From a virus: DNA of 64,000 bases. Both the position numbers and the translations under genes were made by a program. This document shows positions 42,539 through 51,796 of this stretch, in pieces (within the stretch, counting starts at the first letter, position 1; every line of letters begins with the position of its first letter). Below the pieces are notes generated by a model, which ran no database searches, was not told where the DNA came from, and saw nothing but the letters and a program-made list of their open reading frames with translations. The stretch is from positions 74,124 through 138,123 of IMG/VR virus record IMGVR_UViG_3300045988_151219. One strand, written 5' to 3'.

Positions 42539-43810
42539 TTAAAGTATCATAGAATTTAAAAAGCTTTCAGTCATTACACAAGCATCAGGGGATTTATCAG
42601 GTCTCCACTTAATAAGTCTTGCATGCTTCAAAGCTTTAGCTCTTCCACTAACAGCTTGTCCGTCTATCTCTGCAACCCTACCATACCATTCTTGCTTTAA
42701 TGTAGGTTTTCCATCTACAGTTTCTGTTATATCTTTTCTTAAATCTAAAGGTAAAGAAGCTATATTAGCTATAACGTGATTAGCTTCTGTGCCATCTTCT
42801 TTCTTTAAAATAACTGAAAACTGTAAAGCTCCAACTAAACCTGCCCAAGCTTTATTTTCATCTGCCGGCTCAAATCCTGTAATATAAGCATCAATAGTAT
42901 CCCCTAATCCAGCCATAGCTGAACTTTCAGACATAGACCGTTTTACTTTCACCCAACCATCAGAAAGTCGATTGTTAGCTGTAGAATACTTTGAATATAA
43001 ATTCTTGAGAACAATACCCTCTCCACCTTGAGCTACGATTGCTTTATAAAATTGTTTTTTATTTGTGTAAGCTGAATAAGGAAGTTCTATTTGCATTCCT
43101 GATTTTTTTAAATCTTCAAACACCTTCAGCATTGCTACTTTACGTTCTACTAAAGGTCTATTTAAAAGCCAATTATCTTTATAATAAAGACAATCAAAAC
43201 AATTAAATTGAATTACAGGTCTCCCCTCTTGTGATTTCAGCTTCTTTTGAATATTAAGAGAATCATGAGCGTTTAAAGCTAAAAGTGCTGTAATAGCTTG
43301 CAATTGAGCTACTGTTACTACTCCCCTGGATTCCATTTCAGTTGATATAGAGTCATCTAAAGATGTAAGCTCACAATCCAAAATAAAGTCATATGGAATC
43401 TTTTCTTTATCCCAATCTTCTAAAATGTTACCGGCGTAAGATACAGGCAAAAAATCTTTGACAGAAATATTCCTGGAATAATACTGCCAATCATTATTAA
43501 ACTTGACCAGCATAAATCTTACTCCGTCAAGCTTTGTTTCTGCTATCCAGTCCTTAGACAGCCATAAAGAGTTTTGAATATCAGGCTGTAAATAATTCAT
43601 CCGTTGACATAACATAGGACTATCTATGTTTAAAATAGCAGATAAAGTCTTTGGAATATAATTTCCGTAAAGCTGCTCCATATAATATTTTCTTAAAGCT
43701 AAGATGTAATCAGTCTTTCCCAGCTTAGTTTCAGTATAAGGCAACTCTATAGATAATTCTCTACACTGTTTATCTAACCCTTTAATAGTCCTGGTTGTAG
43801 AAATAGACAT
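42539..43810 (-). CDS. ATP-dependent DNA ligase
   Basis: AETKLDGVRFML (KxDGxR), EGIVLKN, GWVKVKR. Confidence 0.85.
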   Translation of the reverse strand: MSISTTRTIKGLDKQCRELSIELPYTETKLGKTDYILALRKYYMEQLYGNYIPKTLSAILNIDSPMLCQRMNYLQPDIQNSLWLSKDWIAETKLDGVRFMLVKFNNDWQYYSRNISVKDFLPVSYAGNILEDWDKEKIPYDFILDCELTSLDDSISTEMESRGVVTVAQLQAITALLALNAHDSLNIQKKLKSQEGRPVIQFNCFDCLYYKDNWLLNRPLVERKVAMLKVFEDLKKSGMQIELPYSAYTNKKQFYKAIVAQGGEGIVLKNLYSKYSTANNRLSDGWVKVKRSMSESSAMAGLGDTIDAYITGFEPADENKAWAGLVGALQFSVILKKEDGTEANHVIANIASLPLDLRKDITETVDGKPTLKQEWYGRVAEIDGQAVSGRAKALKHARLIKWRPDKSPDACVMTESFLNSMIL

Positions 43811-43822
43811 AGTATATTTTCC

Positions 43823-44185
43823 TTACTTATCAAATCCGGTTGATTTCATATCCGTTAAATCAAACAGTAAAGCTTTATTTTCTTCATCATATGTACCATA
43901 CAATCTTCCGGTACCCCAATGAGCTTCAATATACTTTCTAAGCGGAACGCTATTAATAGAACCGTTTGATTGGATAACTTTTCCATCGGTATCTTCATCA
44001 GCTACTTTAAAAATTACTACTTGGTTTGTTTGTGGATTTACCAATGCTTTTACTTTATACGGTCCGGAAAGTTTATTAAAACCTACAGAACTAATAAACA
44101 CTCCCGCAAAGCAAGTCTTAATAAAAATGCCTCCTGTACGTCCAGGACCAGCAAGTTCTTTCGGGTCTAAAAATCCTTCTAACAT
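43823..44185 (-). CDS. Hypothetical protein, paralog of 28177-28596
   Basis: LSGPYKVKALVNPQTNQVVIFKV. Confidence 0.4.
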   Translation of the reverse strand: MLEGFLDPKELAGPGRTGGIFIKTCFAGVFISSVGFNKLSGPYKVKALVNPQTNQVVIFKVADEDTDGKVIQSNGSINSVPLRKYIEAHWGTGRLYGTYDEENKALLFDLTDMKSTGFDK

Positions 44186-44216
44186 TTTATCTTCTCCTTT
44201 AAATTAAAATATAAAA

Positions 44217-44963
44217 TTATTCCACTTCTAACTTTATTATACTATATTGTTTTCTATTTAAATCTTCTTCACTTGAAATATCAGCATTTCCAAAAATATT
44301 TAATGCATCAAGTATATAAACATCTCCATGAATTTTTGCATTATCAGTTATAATACAGTGATTATCTATAACAGCATTTTCATAGACTTCCGCATTCCCC
44401 ATAATTTTTGCTTGTTCAGATATTGTAGAATCACCATAAACTTTAGCATTATCAGATACTCGTACATATCCTGAAATGTGTGCGTTCTCATACACTTTTG
44501 CAGTTCCACCAATAACAGTACAGCCCAGCAAAACAACATGGCCATAGACACTTCCACCACCTGTAACCCAAACATTATCCTTCAATAAAGCAGAACCATA
44601 TACTCTTGCTCCGTCTATCACTCTACAGTTTCCTCTAAGTAAAGCATTTCCATATACTTTTGCTAACCCTGAAATCAAAGCATAATCTTTTATTTCCGCT
44701 ACGTCAAAAACACTTGCAGAACCTTTAATTATTACATCATCATATACTTTAGCATTTCCCCAAACTTTAGCTCCCTCATATACAATAGCATTATGATAAA
44801 CCCAGCAAGTTCCTTCTTGTGATAAGTTGTCCTCACTTTCTACATAGCCTCCTAAATCTCCAGCTTGTATATCGTTGAAAGATTTTAAAGCTCTAATTCG
44901 ATATAAAGTATTACCTAATGTTGTTTTTGTTTCATTAGTTAGTTCATATTTTCTATCGCCCAT
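44217..44963 (-). CDS. Beta-helix repeat protein (about seven 18-residue AKVYGNAxIxGxxxVxxx turns; hexapeptide/bactofilin-like)
   Basis: AKVYGNALLRGNCRVIDG / ARVYGSALLKDNVWVTGG / AKVYENAHISGYVRVSDN / AKVYGDSTISEQAKIMGN / AEVYENAVIDNHCIITDN. Confidence 0.55.
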   Translation of the reverse strand: MGDRKYELTNETKTTLGNTLYRIRALKSFNDIQAGDLGGYVESEDNLSQEGTCWVYHNAIVYEGAKVWGNAKVYDDVIIKGSASVFDVAEIKDYALISGLAKVYGNALLRGNCRVIDGARVYGSALLKDNVWVTGGGSVYGHVVLLGCTVIGGTAKVYENAHISGYVRVSDNAKVYGDSTISEQAKIMGNAEVYENAVIDNHCIITDNAKIHGDVYILDALNIFGNADISSEEDLNRKQYSIIKLEVE

Positions 44964-45003
44964 TTTTGTTTCCTCACTTATAATATAACTCTTTTATGAC
45001 TAT

Positions 45004-45032
45004 ATTATAAAATAGATTGTAATATATGTCAA
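45004..45032 (-). promoter_or_regulatory. Class A sigma-70 consensus promoter
   Basis: TTGACA TATATTACAATCTATTT TATAAT: -35 at 45027-45032, -10 at 45004-45009. Confidence 0.75.
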
Positions 45033-45046
45033 GTATTTTTTACAAC

Positions 45047-45079
45047 AAAAAAGAAAAAGCAGGGAGGAACTGCTTTTTC
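45047..45079 (-). terminator. Rho-independent terminator
   Basis: Minus strand GAAAAAGCAG-TTCCTCC-CTGCTTTTTC followed by TTTTTT, directly upstream of the class A promoter. Confidence 0.8.
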
Positions 45080-45164
45080 TTTTCGTAAGGAGAAAATACA
45101 CATCACACAAACAATTAGATTCCAAAGTGGTAATCGCTTTACCACTGCTTTAATATATAAAGTC

Positions 45165-46355
45165 TTAGTCTTCTTCCTCGATTTTATAAGTTTTCGCTAA
45201 ATAATTATAGGCATCCTCTAAGGTATCAAATTCTTCCACAGTATCAACTGCAATCGTATACGGACGTTCTTTCAAAGGAATATGTACTGCTAATTCTAAA
45301 TTCCCTTCTTCATTGTATATATTATATACTACATTATACTCTCTATCAATCTCTCTTTGTACAGAATACTCGGTTGTGTTTAACTTAAGCATTAACTGAT
45401 TTATCTTATCATAATATGGTGATGTAGGTGATGTATATAAATTGTCATCTTCATCAGATACTATTACTGTATCTTCATAAATACCCATGACTACAGCTTC
45501 GCCTATAAAGCAGCCGTTAAATACAGAAGGTTTTAAAGTAACTTCTTTATAAGCTTCTTCATCAGATACAGATTCATCTAAAGATAAATCTACTTTATAT
45601 AAATCTCCTGATTCAGAAATAAATCCGAAATATTCCCCTACAGTAGATTCTTCTACTTTAGTATTTTCTATCCTGCCATTTATTTCTTCTTTGGCTTCTT
45701 CTACAGAATCCACATTAGCTACAAAATTTCCATCAGGATCTAAAACTGTATAATGGTCTTTATCAGCACAGTATGTATAGCCTTTATATTCCTGTTCAGA
45801 TTCAGAAATAGATTTTACTTCTTTTGAGAAATCATCTTCTGACATGGAATAATATTCACCTGTAGAATCTGTTAGATAAACTATATTTTTATCTACAGAA
45901 TATACTACAAACTGCCCGTCATCAAAATCATATGATTTTCCTACTTCCGGCTTAATCGGCTTAGGCTCTTCTTCTGCCTGTTTATCTTTAGGCTCATCAT
46001 TCATATAATCAATCTTAGGTGCTAAATCAGACGCCTGTGTAGCGTCTTCTTCTACTTCTTGTTCATAAATCCTTGTATTCATATTTATATAATCAGAAAG
46101 ATTGCTTTCATCTATCTCTTTTAATCTCTCAAGCAAATCTTCTGATTTAAGATTATCCGAAACTATTTTATATGTAACGTTCCGGTCTTTAAATTGAACA
46201 CCCGAAAAAGTTGATTCTTTTATTAAAGAAAAATCTTTTTTATTAAGCTTTTCAAATTGCGGCACCTTTAAACGTTTTTCTTCTTCTTCTGTAGATTCAT
46301 TTACAGTCAAGTCTTTATTAACTTGAAGCAATGCTCCTAAGTAATCTATGTTCAT
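45165..46355 (-). CDS. Hypothetical highly acidic protein
   Basis: 396-aa ORF, D/E-rich; no motif recognised. Confidence 0.5.
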   Translation of the reverse strand: MNIDYLGALLQVNKDLTVNESTEEEEKRLKVPQFEKLNKKDFSLIKESTFSGVQFKDRNVTYKIVSDNLKSEDLLERLKEIDESNLSDYINMNTRIYEQEVEEDATQASDLAPKIDYMNDEPKDKQAEEEPKPIKPEVGKSYDFDDGQFVVYSVDKNIVYLTDSTGEYYSMSEDDFSKEVKSISESEQEYKGYTYCADKDHYTVLDPDGNFVANVDSVEEAKEEINGRIENTKVEESTVGEYFGFISESGDLYKVDLSLDESVSDEEAYKEVTLKPSVFNGCFIGEAVVMGIYEDTVIVSDEDDNLYTSPTSPYYDKINQLMLKLNTTEYSVQREIDREYNVVYNIYNEEGNLELAVHIPLKERPYTIAVDTVEEFDTLEDAYNYLAKTYKIEEED

Positions 46356-46399
46356 TTACAGTCTCCTTCGTAAGATAATAAGTGTTTATCATCAATAAA

Positions 46400-46436
46400 A
46401 ATATATATAAATAAGAGTGTAGAAATTTACACTCTT
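46400..46436 (-). terminator. Possible terminator overlapping the polA stop
   Basis: AAGAGTGTA-(6 nt)-TACACTCTT followed by an A/U-rich tract; the U-tract is weak. Confidence 0.4.
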
Positions 46437-48583
46437 TAAATTTCAAATATAGACTCTTCCTGCTCTTCTTGTACTACTTCTTCTAAAGCTTCTTCTCTAA
46501 TTTGTTCAGTAGGAACAGCTTCTACTTTAGGTGAAATAGTTCCGTCTTTATAGTTGACATTAAAATCAAAACACTTCCCCCAACAAGTTCCTATACTCGG
46601 CTCTGCTTTCATCTGACATTGCCAGTTAGGTATTGTAAACTCCATACACTTTTTAGCCAATAATAAGTTATGTATAAAGTTTTCATCATTAGGTATCGAC
46701 AAATCTATTTCATCATGAATGGTATTCATGAATCTAACCCCTGTATTTAATTTTGGATTTAACAGCTTATTCCACATTCTAAGTATGGAAAGTTTAGTTA
46801 TGTCCGCCGCTGTTGCTTGTATCTTGTCATTTATAATAGTCCGCCGTCCATAAGCTCGCATCTTTGGATTAGCAGACTCCATATAAAATTTTACTCTTCT
46901 CGGTCTCCCAAAATAAGAATAAACTGTACCTACTTTTTCTGCTCTTCTTTCTACTGTACGTACCCATTGAAATAATGTAGGTAATCCTTTTTTAAAGTCA
47001 TCTACCAGTTTTTGAGCTTCTTCTAACGGTATTTCTAATTTCTCCACGTAAGTATGTGCATTACCGCCGTAAAGCTGGGAGAAAGAAGCTACTTTAGCCA
47101 TCTTTCTTTTATGCTTATCATAATTTTCTTTTCCCCAAATCTGACAAGCGGTTTCTGCGTGTACATCTCCCCCCTGTGTAAACGGTCTGACCCATGCAGG
47201 TTCTCCTGAAATAGCAGCTGGTATTCTTAGCTCTTGTGCGTTAAAGTCAATAGCTACCCATAGACAACCTTTATCCGGCAAAAAAGAAGACCTCAAATTT
47301 AAATGCTGGTCAAATCCTTCTGCCCAAACATCAGCTTTCCGCCATGTTGAAAACAGCCAGTCTCTTATAATAATCTCGTCTTTTGTAATGGTAGATAAAT
47401 CTATGTCTTTTAATTCATGCACATAATACATGCAAGGCTCCGGCTTAGACAATGCCTGTATATTCATATGAGTAAAATATGTATTCTTCTTGTCTGAACC
47501 TGACGCCAGTCTCCCTGACGGAACATTAAAATGAATATAAGAGAAACGGCACTTTCCGTTCTGTCGAACAGCTTCATCATATAAGCTGCCAAAGAATGAA
47601 GACTGCATTTTCTTGAGTTTTGAGTATTCTACAAGCTTAGTTAAAAGCTTCGTCTCTTCTGTATTGCCTAATTTCTTTGATACAGCAGTTAATGTATTTA
47701 TATCTGTCTTCATCTGTCCGGTAGCTGTATATACTCCTGTTGTAATACCTACCGAAATTAAAGCTTCCCCTAACTGCTTAGGAGATTTTAATGTAAAAGG
47801 ATATCCTACTGTAGCGTATATCTCTGATTCTAATTTTGCTAATGCAGGCTCTATTTCATCTAATCTCGCTTTGACATAGTCTACATCAATATTTACTCCG
47901 TTATCTTCAAAGATAACAAAAGGCATTAAAATATTATTGTCTATCTTTGATGAAATTCCACCCTCTTGATAGAATTTAAAAGTCTTTGCTACTAAAGCAA
48001 AAGTTCCAATAGCATCATAGCAAGCATACTTATAACCATCTTCCGGATTAACATAATAGAAAGATGAATTAGAACCTACTGTCTCTTCAAAGGTAGGTGG
48101 CATATACCCTAAGAAATGTAAAGTGCTTTTCTTGAGTGACGGCAGCTTAACATTAGTATCCGAAAGCCATGTACACTCCATAACGTCTAAGTATTTAATT
48201 GCCTGGATATCATATCCTAACTTATAAAGCCACCGGATATCAAACTTATAGTTATAAAAGAAAACTTTCTTGCTTTCTAATAATGCTTTATACAATAAAT
48301 CAAGGGAATCTTTCCCTAAATTATTTCCCACAGCATGTTTGACTGGAATATAATATCCTTCGTCCGATGAAAAAGCTACCGAAAACCCTACTATAAATCC
48401 ATTGTCAGGGTCTAAATCGGATGTTTCAAAGTCAAGAGACATCAATTTTGCTTTATTCTCTTCAAACAGCTTTTTCAGTTCTTCTATTGATTTAATAAGA
48501 TGTGTCTTTAATGAGTTTATTCTCTCCTGATTTTCACGCACTGCTGGAATATAATGTTCGTATGCTGCTATATTCTTTGCCAA
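46436..48583 (-). CDS. polA: Family-A DNA polymerase, canonical motifs (3'-5' exo + pol)
   Basis: Exo I LMSLDFETSDLDP, Exo II FFYNYKFDIRWL, Exo III YACYDAI. Motif A VAIDFNAQELRIPA, motif B RKMAKVASFSQLYGG, motif C NTIHDEIDL. Confidence 0.9.
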   Translation of the reverse strand: MAKNIAAYEHYIPAVRENQERINSLKTHLIKSIEELKKLFEENKAKLMSLDFETSDLDPDNGFIVGFSVAFSSDEGYYIPVKHAVGNNLGKDSLDLLYKALLESKKVFFYNYKFDIRWLYKLGYDIQAIKYLDVMECTWLSDTNVKLPSLKKSTLHFLGYMPPTFEETVGSNSSFYYVNPEDGYKYACYDAIGTFALVAKTFKFYQEGGISSKIDNNILMPFVIFEDNGVNIDVDYVKARLDEIEPALAKLESEIYATVGYPFTLKSPKQLGEALISVGITTGVYTATGQMKTDINTLTAVSKKLGNTEETKLLTKLVEYSKLKKMQSSFFGSLYDEAVRQNGKCRFSYIHFNVPSGRLASGSDKKNTYFTHMNIQALSKPEPCMYYVHELKDIDLSTITKDEIIIRDWLFSTWRKADVWAEGFDQHLNLRSSFLPDKGCLWVAIDFNAQELRIPAAISGEPAWVRPFTQGGDVHAETACQIWGKENYDKHKRKMAKVASFSQLYGGNAHTYVEKLEIPLEEAQKLVDDFKKGLPTLFQWVRTVERRAEKVGTVYSYFGRPRRVKFYMESANPKMRAYGRRTIINDKIQATAADITKLSILRMWNKLLNPKLNTGVRFMNTIHDEIDLSIPNDENFIHNLLLAKKCMEFTIPNWQCQMKAEPSIGTCWGKCFDFNVNYKDGTISPKVEAVPTEQIREEALEEVVQEEQEESIFEI

Positions 48584-48597
48584 TGTTTTTCTCCTTA

Positions 48598-49119
48598 TTA
48601 TTTATTTGGCTGAATTAAGATAAATAACGTCTCCTGTCCGGAAGCAGAAACCCTGCTGATAATAGATGTGTATTCCCCCGCTTTCTCTTCCGGTATATAA
48701 AACTTTACTAACCCCTCAATAGATGAAATTTTAGGGTTATTGATTGAAATTAAAGAACTTGTGTTTGTCATAATATAAAGTGTTGTATTTTCTAAGTAAT
48801 TAGTTAGCTCTCCATATTGTGATAGAGAATTTAAAAGCTCATCTTTCTTGTTACATTTAAATTTTACTCCTATACTATCCTTATTCATGCTAAAGTTACA
48901 AGCTTGATAAAAATATTTATTCAGTTTTATAGTAAGTGAGTTCGCATCGTATATATTATATCTTAACCCTTTGTCTGAAAGGTCTATTCTAAATCCGAAA
49001 AAAATAAAATTGTTTCCGTTTATTTTTTTAGCAATAGGTGATGGAATCTCTACTACCTTAACAAACAACAATCTTATTTTCATTATTAATTTCTTTATAA
49101 ATCTAAGAATAATACCCAT
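48598..49119 (-). CDS. Hypothetical protein
   Basis: 173-aa ORF. Confidence 0.45.
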   Translation of the reverse strand: MGIILRFIKKLIMKIRLLFVKVVEIPSPIAKKINGNNFIFFGFRIDLSDKGLRYNIYDANSLTIKLNKYFYQACNFSMNKDSIGVKFKCNKKDELLNSLSQYGELTNYLENTTLYIMTNTSSLISINNPKISSIEGLVKFYIPEEKAGEYTSIISRVSASGQETLFILIQPNK

Positions 49120-49665
49120 TTACACCTGCTCCGATAAATCATTGTAAGGGTCGTAAAGCCTTAAATACAACCCTGTAAAGTTTTCTTTGTCTACACTGTT
49201 AATATAATCTAAAATTTGATAAGCAATAGTTTTGTTATTAATTCCTTGTTTGTATTCATCATACCTTGTAGAAATAAACTTTTTATATAATTCCTTCAGC
49301 TGGTTATAAAGCTCTAATGATTTTGCATCGTTTGAAATCTCAAGCTGCTTATTCCTGATATATTCTGTAACAGGGTATTTATAGACTTCTGTATAAGCAA
49401 ATACAAACAAGACTTTTTTATCATATATTAACATTTTACTAAATTCTTCTCCGCCGTGAGAAAGATTTATCAAAATCTGATATATGATATATTTTACCGT
49501 GTTTGATAGTTTATGATAATCCGTTAGACCATTAGAAAGCTTGCAAAGCTCTAAGTAAGAAGTAGTCTTGCAATTATTCTCTTTTTTATATTCTTTTAAA
49601 AAAATATCTTTAAAATATTCCAAAGCAAATATTTTTACTACTCTATCTATTTGTCCATTAGTCAT
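49120..49665 (-). CDS. Hypothetical protein
   Basis: 181-aa ORF. Confidence 0.45.
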   Translation of the reverse strand: MTNGQIDRVVKIFALEYFKDIFLKEYKKENNCKTTSYLELCKLSNGLTDYHKLSNTVKYIIYQILINLSHGGEEFSKMLIYDKKVLFVFAYTEVYKYPVTEYIRNKQLEISNDAKSLELYNQLKELYKKFISTRYDEYKQGINNKTIAYQILDYINSVDKENFTGLYLRLYDPYNDLSEQV

Positions 49666-49894
49666 AAGAACTGCTCCTTTTTATTTTGTCTTCTTCTATA
49701 TTATACTTCTTTCCTAAAACAATATTTGTCTGAATTTTAAGCAGAAGCCGTTCAGTTTCAACCAAATCTACCAGGTCATAAACCCTCTTCCTAACTATTT
49801 GATACTCTGTAGGTGCTGTTTGTTCTATGCTAAAAGAAGCTGAATTTTTAAATTCATCTATTAATTCCTGTATCTTATTCTCATCTAATATCAT
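49658..49894 (-). CDS. Hypothetical protein
   Basis: 78-aa ORF. Confidence 0.4.
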   Translation of the reverse strand: MILDENKIQELIDEFKNSASFSIEQTAPTEYQIVRKRVYDLVDLVETERLLLKIQTNIVLGKKYNIEEDKIKRSSSYD

Positions 49895-49897
49895 GAC

Positions 49898-50209
49898 TCA
49901 CACCTCTATATAAATAACTTCCCCATTTTCATATGAATTGTAAATGTTAGCGTATACTTCTTTAGAAATAATTCCATTGTTTGGAAAGTACATTGTTTCT
50001 TCAACTATGGTCTCTGAAACCAAAGTCATTTTGTTTCCTCTTGTGTCTGAAATCTTTAACGTAACTTGGAAATCCTCAAGCTCTTTAGCTTTTTCAGGCT
50101 CAAATAAGAAAGTTAAATACATCGGTTCCATTTTTACATGTACTGTATAAACTTTCTTATTAAGTGTAAATATCTGTATAGGTTTAGTTTTAGCTAAAAT
50201 ATGTAACAT
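49898..50209 (-). CDS. Hypothetical protein (start moved to the second ATG)
   Basis: The track start at 50236 lies inside a terminator hairpin. ATG 50209 is preceded by AAGGAGAA. Confidence 0.45.
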   Translation of the reverse strand: MLHILAKTKPIQIFTLNKKVYTVHVKMEPMYLTFLFEPEKAKELEDFQVTLKISDTRGNKMTLVSETIVEETMYFPNNGIISKEVYANIYNSYENGEVIYIEV

Positions 50210-50220
50210 TCTTTTCTCCT

Positions 50221-50256
50221 TAAAATAAAATCCCACCTCTTCTAAGGTAGGATTTT
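50221..50256 (-). terminator. Hairpin plus U-tract between a class B motif and the next gene
   Basis: Minus strand AAAATCCTACC-(8 nt)-GGTGGGATTTT (one G-U pair) followed by ATTTT. Confidence 0.5.
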
Positions 50257-50296
50257 TAAATCGTCTGTATTTATTTTTTCTACCTGTTTATTTAGC

Positions 50297-50306
50297 TATA
50301 TTATAC
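50297..50306 (-). promoter_or_regulatory. Class B promoter-like motif (TTAGTATAATATAGC)
   Basis: tatattatac in the gap after stop 50330. Confidence 0.4.
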
Positions 50307-50329
50307 TAAAAAGTAGAAGTTATTGTGTT

Positions 50330-50581
50330 TTATTTTACGTCTTCTTTGTTTGACGCCAGCATTTCTAATGCCGGAAGCATAGTAGACATCACACGTTTAA
50401 TTTCAACACTCTTATTTAAAAGAATCGGATATTTACCTTGCTGTACATAGTTCAGGCAAACTTCGCAAAGTTTAATCGTATTCTTCAAATCTCGTACAGC
50501 TACTCGGCGATAAGTCTGTTCTACCGTTTCTTCATCAATTCTTGACTCAAAAATATTTTTCAGATTGTACTGTTTCTTCAT
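50330..50581 (-). CDS. Hypothetical protein
   Basis: 83-aa ORF. Confidence 0.45.
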   Translation of the reverse strand: MKKQYNLKNIFESRIDEETVEQTYRRVAVRDLKNTIKLCEVCLNYVQQGKYPILLNKSVEIKRVMSTMLPALEMLASNKEDVK

Positions 50582-50634
50582 GATTAAAGTCCTTTCAAAA
50601 ATTAATTTGTTGTTACTCTAATCTATATGTTTTT

Positions 50635-50967
50635 CTATTTTGCTTTCTCAAAATATTTATCTGACAGCTTAATCGGGAACTTGATGTCTTCTATATCTAC
50701 CAAATAGAAAAGCGGTATCGGAATTTCTTTGAGATAAAGCAAATCTCCCATTACTGGGTCTACTCCATTGTACTTTAATGATGTACCTGCTTTAAGATAA
50801 AGCTGGCTGTCTTTGATATCAAAGTTTTCAAAAAAAGATTCCAAATCTAAATCTCCATTTAACTTTTCCTCATTTACTACTCGGTCAATAATTGCTCCGA
50901 TAGTAGAAAGAAAGGTCGGCAGCCTTGTATCTTTTTTTAATTTTACATATTCTCCTTCTTTAAACAT
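50635..50967 (-). CDS. Hypothetical protein
   Basis: 110-aa ORF. Confidence 0.45.
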   Translation of the reverse strand: MFKEGEYVKLKKDTRLPTFLSTIGAIIDRVVNEEKLNGDLDLESFFENFDIKDSQLYLKAGTSLKYNGVDPVMGDLLYLKEIPIPLFYLVDIEDIKFPIKLSDKYFEKAK

Positions 50968-51430
50968 CTGTTTCTTCTCCTTTTATCACGTCAATAATGT
51001 TAATTAAAAACTGGATGTGTGAACCTATATTGGCTTTATATTCCTTGAACCTGTTTAAATTCTCTTTATTATTATACCAAATAGGTGAAATAGTGTCTGT
51101 GTTGTAAGTACCAAACTCTTCTTCTAAAGCTCTTCTCTCATCAAGAGAAAGCTTATTCCAAATATTATTAAAGAGTTTTTCAACATTGTACTTTATAATA
51201 TTCTTCTTAAAGAAGTCTACCGGATGGTACACTTTCCTCTCTGAAAAGCAAAACAGAGTATCTCCGTCCTTATTGTTATAAAGCTTTGCTGCCGGCGTAT
51301 GATAATTTTCATGAAAAGGACAATAAACTTTTCCCTCATATGAGTTTACGTTATATTGCAGAAAAGAATTTAATAAAAACGGAATATTAATCTTTCTATT
51401 AATAACGTATTCCTTAAACGCCTCTTCCAT
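50960..51430 (-). CDS. Primase zinc-finger-like protein (degenerate CHC2)
   Basis: YCPFHENYHTPAAKLYNNKDGDTLFCFSERKVYHPVDFF parallels the DnaG pattern CPFHxExTPSFxV...CFGCG, but the last Cys pair is incomplete. Confidence 0.4.
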   Translation of the reverse strand: MEEAFKEYVINRKINIPFLLNSFLQYNVNSYEGKVYCPFHENYHTPAAKLYNNKDGDTLFCFSERKVYHPVDFFKKNIIKYNVEKLFNNIWNKLSLDERRALEEEFGTYNTDTISPIWYNNKENLNRFKEYKANIGSHIQFLINIIDVIKGEETDV

Positions 51431-51751
51431 TTATTTTCCTCTCTTAGGAAATGCAGCTACTCGATAAATCTCTTCTAAAGCATCTTCTTCGGTTAAATAA
51501 CCTTTGACATCACCATATCCTAACTCTTCGTCATAAATAAGCCCTCCCCTTTCGTTAGTAAGTGCTGTCTCATATAAACCTAAGTCGTGTCCATAAGACA
51601 TCCCATTTTGAATTAACGAAAGTCCATATCCGTTGTCAAACTTATACTTGTAGCTTATTCCACCTAATATACAATCCTTAGACTTATCTTCTACGTGAAA
51701 CGGTACATCTAACAATTTGTTTTTCATTTTAGCTCCTCCTAAATAATACAA
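51431..51751 (-). CDS. Hypothetical protein
   Basis: 106-aa ORF downstream of a class A promoter. Confidence 0.45.
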   Translation of the reverse strand: MYYLGGAKMKNKLLDVPFHVEDKSKDCILGGISYKYKFDNGYGLSLIQNGMSYGHDLGLYETALTNERGGLIYDEELGYGDVKGYLTEEDALEEIYRVAAFPKRGK

Positions 51752-51767
51752 TTATTTCTATATCTGT

Positions 51768-51796
51768 ATTATAAAAGAAGTTGTAAAATATGTCAA
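51768..51796 (-). promoter_or_regulatory. Class A sigma-70 consensus promoter
   Basis: TTGACA TATTTTACAACTTCTTT TATAAT: -35 at 51791-51796, -10 at 51768-51773. Confidence 0.75.

Noticed and set aside
44366-44575. 69-aa minus-strand ORF inside the beta-helix gene
   Set aside because: It is an alternative-frame artefact within a repeat-rich gene.
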